Shown here: positions 11,839 to 26,308 of the stretch, piece after piece
How the letters are laid out: the number at the start of each line of letters is the position of its first letter
How positions within the stretch are numbered: position 1 is the stretch's first letter
Source: Chrysomallon squamiferum
Lineage: Eukaryota > Animalia > Mollusca
Assembly: GCA_012295275.1 (NCBI GenBank)
Contig: CM022678.1
Location: 15,004,001 to 15,068,000, forward strand
DNA: 64,000 nt
Reading direction: 5' to 3'
Made by a program: the position numbers and the translations under genes
The notes under the pieces: model-generated
The model's input: the letters and a program-made list of their open reading frames with translations, nothing else
The model's database searches: none
What the model was told of the DNA's origin: nothing

Positions 11839-13819
11839 CGCACCAGTGGATTGATGATAGCATTGTGGTCAAATGATAAACTGATTAAAAAAAAAAAAGT
11901 AAATAAAAGCTTCGCCTAACTATATGCTGAAATTTTCTTCTTTTCTGTATTATTATTTATTATTATATATAATAGTACTTATTTTATATTCATCATCGCC
12001 ATCATCATAATCATTATCATTTATCTTTTTTCCGTACGAAGATACCTTTGAGATTTACATAATTTAATTTGTTTTAAATTAAAAAGGTAAATCTTCAAAA
12101 ATTATATAATTTCATTTATTCTGATTGATTTTTCTTTTTGCACCATTCCAAGCATATTTTTGTATCTTCTTATTTGAATGTAATTCAATGGCATTCTTCA
12201 TTAAATTCTGTACAATACGAGTAAGTGAAGTCAGTGACTCAGATTTGCGTGAAAAATCTATTTATATAATTCAAGTGCAAATGAAGTGTGAAAAAAATAG
12301 AGAAAAATTAATTAATTTAAAATATGAAGATATTATTTCTCATTGAAAGTACTGCGAATATTCATTGGGAATTATATATTTAAAAATAGAAAAACTCTAT
12401 AAACAGATCTAATTAAAAAAAAGTTCCCCGTTAAAAACTGATTACCTACTTTCAAATGAGTGAAATGACAGTGGAAACAACCGGTGTATCGTTATAAAAA
12501 TAACCTGTATAAATGTATCCGCTAATACAGTGACAATTTTCATAACTAGTAAATATTGGGTTTGGTTGTTTTTGTTGTTTTTGTTGCTGCTGCTGTTGCA
12601 CCAAATAAAGTTAATTCTCAGTTTGTCCTACTTCGAGACGCCAATGTTACAATGTTTTATTATTTCTGTATCAGTTATTAGCTGTTATTCAAGTCCTTTG
12701 ATCTGAAATCCCGTCTTGGAGGTTTTATTCCTAGGACAATAATATTATAAGTCACTTATCTCACCCTCCTCGACCCATCATATATATAAACATGATAAAA
12801 AGTTAATTACATTTAAATATTAGTATCAACTGTCTAGGTTCACTAGTCCTGGCTTCCAGATGAAGTTATCCATGAGTAAAACTGCTACAGTCATTATTAC
12901 ATGATATCATAATCATATATTGAAGTTGAAGTAATATAACAAAATCTTGTAAATATATTAATATAGTTCCACACACTGTGTATCAATAAACAATAGGTAA
13001 TCATCATATCATTTAAGAAATTCATTCACTCCTAACTGATATCAGTTCCACCCAATCTCATGTGTTAAAAGTAATCTTTAGTCTGGAATTTTAACCCCAC
13101 TGTTTATGTAATAGCAGATGTTCTGCTGGTTTCGTAAATACAATTAACTATAGCTGACATCAGATTAACACGTTTTAATCTCACTCTGCCTGCATTCTGT
13201 AAGGGTGATACGCTTCACTCGTCAGTGTCACTGAAGTGAACACTTTCTCAGCCTGGTTTAAATATGATGCAAGTTACATGTACTAATTTGGGGAAAATAA
13301 ACTTTGCTGAAGTCCTCACTGTTTCATCAACTGCTGCCTGTCACCGTCTGACTGGTATTAATAGTTTGAAGTTGGCACGTCCCGTTTAAAGGGTAGCAGA
13401 CTATAACAGCGTCAAGTGACAAGATGTTAATCCCTGTGTTTCTTTGTTTATAAAATAACGGAACTTCCGCTAATTACACTACAGCTTCTGAACAGCCCAT
13501 GTACGTCTGCATACTCTCTGCTATTTAGTTTTTGTCTAATTACCCCAATATTCCGACGTTAATTAGTTAACCATTGAAGAACCGTAAAAATATGAATTTA
13601 TTAACATGATTATATATTAAATATGATGAAATATCAATGTAATATATAATATAGCTATCATTCTGCTTTAAACGGGCATCCAAAGAAATAAAAATACAGT
13701 TTGAAAAATAAATAAATAAAAATAAACATTAGAATTTATTTTTATTAAAATCTATTTTCTGTAAGCATATAATTTTCCCTTAATATATCTGCTATTATAT
13801 TTTTAAAATGTAAACTTAC

Positions 13820-14248
13820 TTTCTTCACGAAGTGTGAGAATTCCAAACAAGGAAACTGCAGCAATGAGTATCATGACCAGTATGAAAAGCTGATCTGGAC
13901 TGCTTTCTACTATAAAAAACGAACAATTCCACTTTAATTCAAAACACAAAAATTTGAAAGAAAAATATTCATATCATAAAATAAATGTTCTGGAGTAAGA
14001 AAAAATTATTCATTTAAAGTAAGTATATCTTTTTAATGTCTTTTTTATTTGATTATTTATTTATTATTATTGTTATTATTGTTATTGTTATTATTATTAT
14101 TATGATTATTATTATTATTTTATATATATATATATATTTTTTTTTTATTGTTTTTATTTAACAGTTTTGCTTTCTGTTATTATCACTGTTGAAACCTATG
14201 GAAAAATATACCTTCATATTGTTGTATTATCGAAAATAGCGAAGACAT
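13820..14248 (-). CDS. Small single-pass membrane protein, diverged copy A. Exons 14212-14248 and 13820-13906; 3' exon unresolved
   Basis: Spliced MSSLFSIIQQYE|ESSPDQLFILVMILIAAVSLFGILTLREE with GT-AG sites. Homologous to copies B-D, but the TM exon is 87 nt (+1), so it ends in phase 1. Confidence 0.5.
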
Positions 14249-14399
14249 GTTTGTCTGAAAAAAAAAAATAAACATCATCAAATCAAGTGCTAAAACAATA
14301 GAAGTATTAGCATCAGAAACACAGGGGTTATTTTTAACCGTCTTAAAGTGCAATGATATAACTACTTGAAAAATGCATATGAAACTGAAACATCACGTA

Positions 14400-16402
14400 A
14401 ACCGCGGTTTGCAGAGGAGCGGGGGAAAAATGGCGGTGGATTCGGGCATCCAACCAGAGAAAAGAACTTATTAAATTTGATTTAAATTAAATCGAATAAA
14501 TTGTTTATTTTTATGTGTTTACATATTCAAAATATCTTCCTTTCTCATAATATTTCTACGACTTATACTTGAGTCTTTGGGGCCTACAATCAAGGAGTTG
14601 GGCTCTGGCATCCAAATGACCTCTACAGACCACTGCACGTGAAACCATAACGTAAAAGACAATAACAAATGGAAAAAAAGAAAAAGAAAACAAGATTAAT
14701 TACGTTCAATGAGGAAAAAATTAGCAGATCCTCTGTTCTTTAAACTCAGGAAAACCCGAACGTAAGTGGAAAAACACTGATAAATGCCCGATGAAGTAGA
14801 TGAAAATACGTAAACGAACGTCGCTAAAGGATCTCCACTAGACTGGTATTTGCGTATCCGCTTCGATTGGTAGGACATGCGCAGTTGGCAAAAAGATTGT
14901 AGGAAAATGAATGTCGCCCGCGGGACTGATACTGTTTATAAATAAAAATAAAAATAAAAATAAAAATAAAAATAAAAATAAAAATAAAAATAAAAATAAA
15001 AATAAAAATAAAAATATAAATATAAATATAAATAAATAAATAAATAAATAATAGTTCATTTATTTATTTTATTGTTACATATTCTTATTAGTTAAAGTGA
15101 TTATTGGAGTCGTTCATTAAGTTACTTACTGCTACGTCCTAGTAATCTTTCACAGAATATTTCAAACAAAGAACCGTCACTCTATTCAAAGTACAGTCGA
15201 CTGTGGTCATGAAAAACTGCACAGTTATTTTCTGATTTATTTTTGTTTCCTTTCTCTTTAATGAAGATTCTTTTTCATTGCAAAACAGCGTTATTAATAT
15301 TATATTTCTTTGGTGTTTTTTTTTTTGTTTTTTTTGCCGCCATTAACAGGGTCATTATGGTGTACAGATCTGAGGAAAAGAAACATTATCCAAAGCAGTG
15401 TTCCGTGTCCTGTTTTATCCAGTTAATTTTACACTGCTGCTCTTTTCACTTTGAAAATGATGACATCCTTTTCTGAAGTCCTTCATCTGCTGCCAAATAA
15501 TATATTTTTAAAACAATGGAGATACTTGAATAATATTATAAACAGATCTGTTTCTTCCTCTCTGAGTTTAATATTTTTGGTTAATTGATAAACACTGGTG
15601 GAAAATACAAATAAAGTTTTAATTTTGAGTATAAAATCTGTGACACAGAAGAAGAAACTGGTAATAATTCCGTATTGCGACCGATATAAAAGACACATCA
15701 CTTCACAGGATACACATTAGTATTTTTTGTTTTTGTTTGTTTGTTTCTTACACACCTGATATAAGAAACACTATCTATAATACTAGCACAGTATTATAAC
15801 AAATAACATTTTTAAATTTTGTTTCTTCACTGAACTGTCTAGTTCCAGTTTTCTAGTTGATTTTTAAGTTAATCTATAAGGAGAATAATGTTGTGGGTGT
15901 TGCCCCTAACTACAAGTAAACATTGCCAGTGTTTTTCTATTATGTATGACATGTCATGCAACATACCGCTAGCCTTGTTTGTACATGCTCGATATAGTGG
16001 GGGAGTATTATATTCAAGCAAAACAAGAAACATTATAAAACGCACAAACATGGACGACCTGGTATTGAATAAACTGTGATTAAAACCTGACACTGTCATC
16101 GTGGCGAAATTAGTATATTCAAAGTTAAACAATTATAATAAAACACTCAAAAATAAATAAATAAATAAATAAAAGTATATCAGTAAATAAGTATATAAAT
16201 AATCAAGCTAGGGATGAACAGGGTGGTGTCTTCCCGTCTGGTAGAATTCCCAGGGGGGAGTAAGCCGACAGGGTACATGGAGATGTTCATAAAGAGGTTC
16301 AGAAATAATGATAATAATGCAGCCATATGCATCGTGCATGAATAAATTCACATGCAAATCATTCCTGTATAAGGATAAAATATAGGTCTACGAGACGGAT
16401 GA
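14400..16402 (+). repeat. Segmental duplicate: 14400-16402 matches 19988-21886 in direct orientation. Both are homologous to the right part of the ~6-kb units
   Basis: Colinear identity from accgcggt(t/g)tgcagagg through gagacggatgaat. The ORF track shows near-identical peptides (15483 vs 20886; 15869 vs 21297). Confidence 0.95.
14858..14892 (-). promoter_or_regulatory. NRF1-like plus CCAAT promoter cassette upstream of TM gene copy A. Homologues at ~42459-42490 (complete) and ~20410-20440 (degraded)
   Basis: ccgcttcgATTGGtagg(a/g)CATGCGCAgttggc; the minus strand reads TGCGCATG followed by CCAAT. Confidence 0.45.
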
Positions 16403-16913
16403 ATAGCCAGTCGGACACACGTGACAGTAAAGTGATCTGCCCGAGCCGACACCTCACACGCTAACACGTCATATACGTACGTCCTGGGATACGTGAACAG
16501 ATTACGTGTATGCTAAACCTCTCTATTAACAAGTCACATGTTTTGTAGTTGCCCACGCTTTACTAATCTGACTTTCAACTTATTTTACGTTTAGCAGGGC
16601 AAACAATACGGCTCAAATAATAAGAAAACATATTTTTTATTATTATTTTTTTTTTTTTTTTTTTATTAAAAGAAAGAAAGTTAGAAAATAAACATCTTTT
16701 ATATATATATTTTTTAACAAGTATTTTAAGGCAAATGTCGGGGAAAATTAAACTGAGAAGCATTATTCAGTACAAGGTTTTAATCTGTGTTTATTTATGC
16801 TTGGGCGTTTTAACAAACTTCACACAGATTAGTAAAAATAAAATTCTACTGTACATTTTTCTTTACATATACTGCCATACTAGTCTTTTTGCTATCTATT
16901 ATTATTTATTATA

Positions 16914-16975
<62 letters not shown>

Positions 16976-19227
16976 GAACAGTGCAGAAAACAAAATCGAA
17001 CTCAGCAGATAAGGTCAGCTGCCACCCCCAAAAAGAAATAAAAATTACATTAATTATATAGCTTTGTATTTTACCGTTCTTTATATTAAGTTCACTAGTA
17101 CTTAGAAGAATTCCTTTGCCCAGTGAAAGGAAAATAATATCAGACTGGCCATAATGGACTTAACAGTATAAAAAGTAGTAAAGCAGAACGATTATAGTTG
17201 AAGTGGTTGTAGAACTAATGTAGTAGCAGTAGAAAACAGTAATATTAGTAGTAGTTGTAGTAGTTGTAGAAATAGTAAGGAAACAAAAAATATATTATAT
17301 ATTTTTTTTCAGGAAACATTTCTTTTTTTTACCACTTCTCTTTAATGAAGATTCTGTTTTTAACATGCAACACATGCAAAACAGTATTAATATAATTTTT
17401 CTTCTAGTTTTTTTATTTTAATTTTTTTTTTTAACGCCATTAGCAGGGTCATTATGATGTGCAGATCTGAGGAAAAGAAACATTTTACCCTGTAATGTTC
17501 AGTGAATTGTACACTGCGAATCATTTCACATTGAAAATGACTATAATATATTCTGAACTGTCTGGTTCAGAAGGGTTAGTGATCATTGATTTTGTGTATA
17601 TATACCAGTTTTCCTGTGGCGTATCCAGCTTTTCTGATAGGGTGGTGTCCCTGAAAAAATGGGCACTATAACATTATGAAAAGTCACTATTGAAAAATTA
17701 CACAGAGGTCAACAATGTAATAGTGCTACATGTCTCTAGATCCGCCCCAGCTTTTTGTTCATGTTTATCTGGTGTATAGTTGTCTGGCCAAATAATGAAT
17801 ACTGAGGTGGTTTCCCTAACTACAAATACAATTCCCAATATCTCTGAGATATCATGCAATAAATCAAGGGACATGTACTTACTGTAGTTTCATACTTATT
17901 ATATTTAAACAAGAAATATAATAAAACGCCCAAGCATAAATAAACACAGGTTAAAACCGTATATTGCATAATGCGTCTCTGTTTAATTTTCCTCAACGTT
18001 TCCCTTAAAATACTTGTTGAAAATTAAAAAATATAGAAGATGTTTATTTTCTAACTTTCTTTCTTTTCGTTTCTTTTCTTTTAATAAAAATTTTTTTTTT
18101 TTTTTTTTTTTTATCTTTTCCTATTATTTGAGCCGTATCGTTTGCAAGTCAGATTACTTTTATGGGAGAAGATGTAAAATTTACTCATACGTTGATGGAA
18201 AGTGGGTTGAGAGAGGGTTGTCGTGATCAAATAAAAGAAATTATTACCACTGCTATTAATTTTATATAAAAACTATCTGTCACACGCGGGTAATAAAGCA
18301 TAGACTGTTTATCATTGATAGGCACAAATAAACACGCTAAATCTTGCAGGAATTTGAAATAATATATCATTTGTTTCAGCTTTAATCTGTTATATAACCT
18401 TTCGAAGACACATGAGACATACACACTTCCTGAAGGACTCACATACATACATATATACATTACAGCAATGTGTACATGCATGCATGGACATATACGTACA
18501 TATACACGTATGTGCATACATTCATGCATACATACATACTTATGCGCACACAGATATGTAGCAACAATATATTTATGTAATCTTTCTCTGCGAAGTGTCC
18601 AATGAGGGGTACATAAGACAAAGAATATTCATTATTAAATACATATTTGTGCCAGGTTTCCCACAAAAATAAATGCATATATGACGAAAAACAAAAAGAA
18701 AGGTCTGCATCCTAATAAGTTATGATTATGCTCGATTAAATTTGTTTTCCAGCTCGTCTTGGTGGCCGAGTAGCATGACGCCCGTACATGTCGTGCAGGC
18801 GAAGAGTACCATAATCCAAGTTTCAGGTTGCTAGTACAGAGATTTGTGCCAATAGCTGGCGCTAAGCTCATCTTGGATTATAATACCTTATATTAAAATG
18901 AACTTTGTACCATAATTCATATTATGGCACAGAACTATAGGGAAGCCCAGTAAATGTATCCCTGATTCTGATGTTCACCTATTGTCCTTGGGACACTTCA
19001 GTTGCTAGACAATGAGCTCGCATTAGAAACAAATCCAGTCTGATCCACTGAATATTATTTTCCTTTCACTGGGCAGTGAAAGTTTTCTAAGTATTAGTGA
19101 ACTTAAACATTTTATTTTAATTATATAATTATTTTATTGTAAAATTTCTTTCTTTAGATCTTTTTTTTTTCTTTGGGGGGGGGGCAACTGACCTTATCTG
19201 CTGAGTTCGATTTTTTTCTGCACTGTA

Positions 19228-19289
<62 letters not shown>

Positions 19290-19330
19290 GCAACAGCACT
19301 GGTCTGGCAGCATATGTAAAGAAAAATGTA
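16310..19330. repeat. Inverted-duplication knot: 16600-16815 inverted vs 17920-18142; 16850-17150 inverted vs 19035-19330; 16310-16770 inverted vs 31240-31690 and 37530-37990; partial direct unit fragment at 17340-17600
   Basis: Examples: tgtgtttatttatgcttgggcgtttta (16786) vs taaaacgcccaagcataaataaacaca (17922); tcgaactcagcagataaggtcag (16997) vs ctgaccttatctgctgagttcga (19188); ttattttacgtttagcagggcaaacaatacggctcaaataa (16580) vs its reverse complement at ~31370. Confidence 0.9.
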
Positions 19331-20744
19331 AAAAAATGTAGTCTAGTCAGGCTGAAGTTTGTTAGATTAGGGTGGTTTTGGGTACTTTTGTAAAATGTAC
19401 TCTTATCTTAGAGGAAATTGGTTTGAGAGAGGGTTGCCGTGATCACATAGCAGGGACACAGAATAACTTAAGAAGTAAGGTTTCAACATAAAATAGTAAT
19501 TATAATGTAGAGATTTGGCCAAATCATCTTTCTTCTTTGCTAGATATTCTCTCTTCTCTCTTGAGATCTCTTTCACCGCAGTCACACAAATAACATTTCA
19601 CATCCCTGACCAATACTGGCAGACCATTACTGTCATGGGTACCTTAAGAAAGCACCAGTGACAGTATTTTACATATATTAATTCCTAAGGGACCTGGAGG
19701 AATTTCCAAAGTATTTTACATGTAAACAAGGATAAATCTTTACGTTAAGCTTTGTGCTTTTAGTTCAGTATATAATAACAAATATATAATAAAAAAATAG
19801 AAACTAATGATACTAAATATTTGACAAAAATACAGGTTTTAAATTTGTCAAATATCAGAATATAGAGCAATAATCTCTGGAACAGTAATTGCGTTCAGAG
19901 CTATTTGTAGGTCATGGACTGTAAGGATAAGAGGACCATTTTCGCGAACCCTACAGCCCAGTAGGCCCCATGTATGCTCAGTTAGGGAACCGCGGTGTGC
20001 AGAGGGGCGGGGCGAAATGGCGGTGGCCGCGGGCATCCAACCAGAGAAAAGAACTTAATAAATTTGATTTATATTAAATCGAATAAATTGTTTATTTTTA
20101 TGTATTTACATATTCAAAATATCTTTCTTTCTCATAATATTTCTCAATACTAGGACTTATACTTGAGTCTTTGGGGCCTACAATCAAGGATTTGTCCTCG
20201 GAAGGTCACTGCAAGTGAAAACATAACGTAAAATAGAATAACAAATGGGAAAAAAATAAGAAAAACAAGATTAATTACGTTCAATGCGGAAAAAATTGGC
20301 AGATCCTCTGTTCTTTAAACTCAGGAAAACCCGAACGTAAGTGGAAGGCACTGATAAATATCCAGATGAAAATGAATTGAGACTAATGACTCATGTCCAT
20401 TTCAGACAATGTAGGGCATGCACAGTTGGGCGCAGTTGGCAAGAAGACGGTAAATAAATAAATAAATAAATACTTCATTTATTTATTTTATTGTTACATA
20501 TTCTTATTAGTTAAAGTGATTATTGGAGTCATTAAGTTACTTACTGTTACGTCGTAGTAATCTTCGACAGATAGTCTTTTTAACACAGTCTGGTGTATGA
20601 ATATTTCAAAGAACCGTCACTCTATCTAAAGTACAGTCCACTGCGGTCATGAAAAACTGGAGTTATTTTCTGATTTATTTTTGTATCCTTTCTCTTTAAT
20701 GAAGATTCTTTTTTATTGCAAAACAGCGTTATTAATATTATATT

Positions 20745-20775
<31 letters not shown>

Positions 20776-21640
20776 GACGCCATTAACTGGGTCATTATGG
20801 TGTACAGATCTGAGGAAAATAAACATTATCCAAAACAGTGTTCCGTGTCCTGTTTTATCCAGTTAATTGTACACTGCGGCTCTTTTCAATTCATCCTTTT
20901 CTGAAGTCCTTCATCTGCTGCCAAATCAAATAATATATTTTTAAAACAATGGAGATACTTGAATAATATTATAAACAGATCTGTTTCTTCCTCTCTGAGT
21001 TTAATATTTTTGGTTAATTGATAAACACTGGTGGAAAATACAAATAAAGTTTTAATTTTGAGTATAAAATCTGTGACACAGAAGAAGAAACTGGTAATAA
21101 TTCCATATTGCGACCGATATAAAAGACACATCATTTCACAGGATACACATTAGTATTTTTTGTTTTTGTTTGTTTGTTTCTTACACACCTGATATGAGAA
21201 ACACTATCTATAATACTAGCACAGTATTATAACAAATAACATTTTTAAATTTTGTTTCTTCACTGAACTGTCTAGTTCCAGTTTTCTAGTTGATTTTTAA
21301 GTTAATCTATAAGGAGAATAATGTTGTGGCTGTTTCCCCTGACTACAAGTAAACATTGCCAGTGGTTTTCTTACATAATGTATGACGTCATGCAACATAC
21401 CGCTAGCCTTGTTTGTACATGCTCGATATAGTGGGAGAGTATTATATTCAAGCAAAACAAGAAACATTATAAAACGCACAAACATGGACGACCCCCTGGT
21501 ATTAAATAAACTGTGATTAAAACCTGACACTGTCATCGTGGCGAAATTAGTATATTCAAAGTTAAACAATTATAATAAAACACTCAAATAAATAAATAAA
21601 TAAACAAACAAACAAACAAACAAACAAACAAACAAATGAA

Positions 21641-21675
<35 letters not shown>

Positions 21676-21885
21676 AAGTACATCAATAAATAAGTATATA
21701 AATAATCAAGCTAGGGATGAACAGTAGAATTCCCAGGTGGGAGTAAGCCGACAGGGTACATCGAGATGTTCATAAAAAGGTTCAGAAATAACGATAATAA
21801 TACAGCCATATGCATAGTGCATGAATAAATTCACATGCAAATCATTCCTGTGTAAGGATAAAGTATAGGTATACGAGACGGATGA

Positions 21886-21995
21886 ATGACGTTGTCTGCA
21901 TCATGTCGTTCTCCCCGTCGCCTCCATATATGACGCCCACCATCCGAAAACTGAACACAAAACGTGGATTTGTCTGTGTGTAATGTCTGATCCAT
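21886..21995 (-). mobile_element. Tc1/mariner transposase fragment (region of the first catalytic Asp)
   Basis: Minus frame HYTDKSTFCVQFSDGGRHIWRRRGERHDADNVI resembles the Tc1 motif FTDESRF...DGRxxVWRRxGER. It abuts the end of the 19988-21886 duplicate. Confidence 0.75.
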
Positions 21996-22964
21996 GGTGT
22001 TCTTTTGATTACATATGCAACTTTCATATTACCAAATTTTATCACTTTTTTTTTCTATTTATTTGGAAGTAACAGTCATTTACAAAAACTAGCTAAACTT
22101 TTATGGTTAAGTTGTTATACTATGATTCAACTGATACATGAACTTGTGGTCATGCCTAATGAATAAGAGTTATTGTTCTTAAATAATTTGATGCTGTTTT
22201 GTTTTATATTTTTTATTTTATTTTAATTTTTGGGTTTTTTATTGTTGTTGTTGTTGTTGTTGTGTGTGTGTGTGTGTGTGTGTGAGATTTTTATGTCTTT
22301 CCGCAGATAGCTTTTGGAGAGAGGGGGCCGGACTAAAATTCCTCGCGGGCTAAGGGCTTCCGACCCCTGGCCTAACTGTTCTATTTAAATAATCTATTCA
22401 GTCTTATCGACCATTTTAATTTTTTACCTTTTTTTTCTTCTTCTTATTTTATCCGTTGACTTGGAATAAATTGGAACAGAATATAGTAACAGCCTTTAAA
22501 AAAATATAAAAACTGTATAACTGCTTAGTTAAATTGGTTGTAGGCCCAAGTAGCCCCTTAAAGTCCGCGCGGATTAAATAAAAATAAATGAAATAAAAGC
22601 TGAATTTTGCTGCTGTGTATTCCGATTTACTATTATAAAATACTTCATATTTTAATACTACTACTTCTACTCCTAATCTATTTTTTACTGCTATTACTAT
22701 GCTTTTGTGAATTTAGCTGGTACTACTAATACTACTTCTAAATCTGTTATTATTACTAGTAATTTATAACAGCTGTTACTGTTTTTTCGTTTTCTGCTGC
22801 TGTTACAACATCAACTACTACGACTATTTTTGACACAAAACATTACTATTACTAGGTACATTGAGTCCTTCTGATGCTGGACCCGGACGCACCTATCCTT
22901 GCGCACCCCCAGAGGAAAGTTTCGCTGATTATGTTCACTATGCAGCCATTGTCACCTTGGCAAG

Positions 22965-23004
<40 letters not shown>

Positions 23005-23050
23005 GTTGTTGTTGTTGTTGTTGTTGTTGTTTTTGTTGTTGTTGTTATTG

Positions 23051-23097
<47 letters not shown>

Positions 23098-24629
23098 GTT
23101 ATATTTACATCATGAAAATAATTTTTAATATTAATGCGCAGGTGTCAAAGAATGTCAGCACCTAGAACGATTATTTATAAAATTATTTATAAAATTTTCA
23201 GATGAATACTTTTTAATCCTGATACTAAACAGTAAAACGTAATTTGTTAAAAAGAAAATGACATTTTTTATTTTTGTATTTGTTTTTGGTTTTATTATTA
23301 TTATTATTATTATTATTTAAGTTGTTATTATCATCATCATTTATCTTTTTTTCTGTACGATAACTGAATAAAACATTGTAATACTGGTGTCTACAAGCAG
23401 GACAAAATGACCGGGTTAAGAAAATTTCATTTAATTAAAATAAAGAATAATGAAAATTCTACAGTTGTAAAATCAGAGCAAACTAAACCAAAACAAAACC
23501 CTGATGATTAGATTAAAAGAAAATAATTATAAACAAATATTTTCAACAACAATAAGATCAAATACTAATATACAGTTTATTATAACCAAACAAGATAAAT
23601 TAGTTACATGCATTTAAATATTAGTATCAACTGTCAAAGTTCATTAGTCATTGCTTCTGACACTTGGACACCTGGAATACTAATACTTTTTATGTTTATT
23701 GTTATTTTTATTATTTTTATTTTATTATTTTATTTTATTATTTTATTTTTTGGGTGTGTTTGGGGGTCGATGGCGGTAGAAGCGATAGCAGAATTGTCGT
23801 TTACCTATCAATATATGTCCATGTGGAGTAAATAATTATATGCAGCAATACCTCTATTTAACGATGTAATCCGATCGTTAAGTGAGGTATCGTTAAGCGG
23901 GAGACTAATTTACATAGAATTAAGGTTAAAAACAGTGATTTGACACAAAAAAGAGAAATGTTAAATAAGAAGAGATAAAACGGCAGTTTAGACATAAATG
24001 ATTTAACAGATCGTGGATATTAAACAAACAGTAAGTCATTTACAAATCAATTTATACAAATAGATTAAGAAATAATGCTGTCTGCATACCATACTGTATT
24101 TATTTAGTGGTAAACCATCAAGAGAAGCAGATGCCATGTTTTAATAAATTGTCAGATGCATTTAGAAGAACATCTTCTTTTGTGAAATAAGCCTTACTGT
24201 AATCGATACTGTAACATATAAGAACAGGTGCGAACACAGTGGGTGGCGCTTCTAATATAATGGCTATTTTCCTGTTTCTGACCCTGGTTTTCAGGTTCAA
24301 CGAATGAATTTCAGGTTTCGAAACAAGATTATACAAATACCATGCTCTGTTTCAGAATGATGGGACATAGGTAAACGTTTCCTGAGCAGTCCTATAGCAC
24401 GTGCCAGTCAGCAACCTGCCAACAGATGCTTTTAAGATCTCGGCAAAATCTGGTACAGAGTAAAATAATACCCCCACCCCCAAGTTGGTAAGGTAGATGA
24501 GAATCCCCAGTACTAACTAGTATTTTAAGATTCTTACCGTCTAAATCTAAAAGGGTTATTCTAAACCTCTCGCCTAACCTCGGTTTGAATAAATTTGACT
24601 CAAGTGAACACGTGTCTGTGGCACATTCT

Positions 24630-24905
24630 AAACAACCGACTACATTATGCGAAGTAGATAAACAAGAAGGTATGGGCGCATGCGCGAAGTCAAATCCTCT
24701 AGCATTATAAACAACTACGTTATGCTAAATAGATAAACAAGAAGGCAAGTGCGCATGCGCGAATTTCAAAAGTTCGTAGGAAAAGAAATCTCGCCGGTCG
24801 CACAAATGTCACCTTCCAAATGTTTTCATGTTACTTTAGTTATTTTGTAATTACATCTTTTTGATTTTATCGCGCCTCGTCTCAGTAAAGAAAAAATGAC
24901 GGTAG
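24630..24905. promoter_or_regulatory. CpG-containing promoter with a tandemly duplicated ~75-bp cassette, each copy carrying an NRF1-type palindrome
   Basis: actac(a/g)ttatgc..a.tagataaacaagaagg.a.g.GCGCATGCGCgaa occurs twice (~24639-24688 and ~24714-24763). Flanked by a minus-strand donor (cg|gtaaga, ~24537) and a possible plus-strand donor (ATGACG|gtagtc, 24896-24901). Confidence 0.6.
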
Positions 24906-25809
24906 TCTCGGTCACTAAATTCTTTGATTTAAATATTTTAATTTATTATTACACTTTCGTAATTAATCTAAATAAATTGTGTGTTCCACGTCACATGCTA
25001 CGGACAGTAACGAATTGAACTGATCTAAATTCAAAAAGAATTAATCAGTTACAATGTTTGGTATTAATTTATTTTTAAAATTTGTTTCAAACCTCTGATC
25101 ATTTTAAATAATACGTAATGTCAAAACCGAATATATGATTTTTCTTGGATAGCTATTAAATTAATGAGAATGACGTCATCCATTTGTGTGGAGTTTTGAA
25201 CTCACATCGAGACGAAAACGTTGTCGTGTTTTGCTAAACTTAACTTTTGAAATGTCGATGACTGACTGACAACTAGCCACTTTTAATTTACTTTGGCATT
25301 ATAAAATAATCTTCCTTTTTACATCTTAAGAGATCCTAATTAAAGAAAAAATGACTGATTTCTACTAATTAAATGAGTGTTAGATTTCACAAATGATGGA
25401 TTAATATAATTTTTGTTTCCGAAAGAGAAAGAATATAGTTTACAATATGAATTTCTGACTGTTAAACATTTATTATTTTTGCTAGTTTTTCATTAATAGT
25501 GATTTAATAATATTTATTTTTCTAACCGAAATATAACATATTTTACTGGTTTTAACTGGTTGGGCATTTTCAAATAAGTTTGAAAACAAAAACCAACCAA
25601 ATAAATAACTAAATAAATAAATAAATAAAAAGACCAAAGAATTTAGTTAGCTGCTGTCATATGCTCGTATATCGAAAATGAAAAGGCGTGTGTGTTCTTA
25701 ATTAGTTTTGTTCAAATAGTTTTTGTACTAAATGATAATAATAATATTAATTGATAACACTAATTTGTTAAGTTCTGTGTAAGTTTAGTTTTTCTGTTTA
25801 CAGGAGAGA

Positions 25810-26308
25810 ATGGAGAAAGTCAGAGTCATTAAAAAAAAACTCCTTCTACTCTCAGAGATCACAATGGCCAAGGTGAAAACAAAACACATCAATTAGATTA
25901 ATGCTTAATAATGATAATAATTACTGTGATTTTAGTTATATTTCAGAATGAACAGAATTATGCTTTGTTTGACCTCTTTGAAGAAAGTAAACCTGGTATT
26001 TAAAATGATGATGATTCAATATTATATAATGAAAATACCATTACATATTATATGTATATTTAAAAATAAGATTTATTTTTATTTTGTTTATTTTTGGTTA
26101 CAAAGACTCTCACTTAGAAAGGTTTGGATGTGATGTTTTTGTGCAGCCAGTAACTAGACGTGTGTCACATGCAGAAAGCCAACAAAACAAATCTGTTGAC
26201 TTGACTCATACACGTAATTCTGTTACTTATTGTTTTTGTATTTTTGTATGTGTCATCTGTTGTTATATATTAGTTCTCTCTCTCAGTCGTTTTCTCCTTT
26301 CTGAATGA
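25810..26308 (+). CDS. Putative 101-aa tail-anchored protein. Exons 25810-25872, 25947-25986, 26106-26308
   Basis: GT-AG junctions in compatible phases (0,1) give MEKVRVIKKKLLLLSEITMAK|NEQNYALFDLFEE|NSHLERFGCDVFVQPVTRRVSHAESQQNKSVDLTHTRNSVTYCFCIFVCVICCYILVLSLSRFLLSE*. The C-terminus is hydrophobic and Cys-rich. The last exon also stays open in the 38.4-kb copy. Confidence 0.5.

Noticed and set aside
15120-15480. Assignment of the repeated blocks to a named WD40 gene (WDR48- or GNB1L-like words such as WCTDLRK, RLVSGSSDGSLK, DPxFxLR)
   Set aside because: The motifs fall on different strands and frames and are interrupted by stops in most copies, which is too weak to name a gene.
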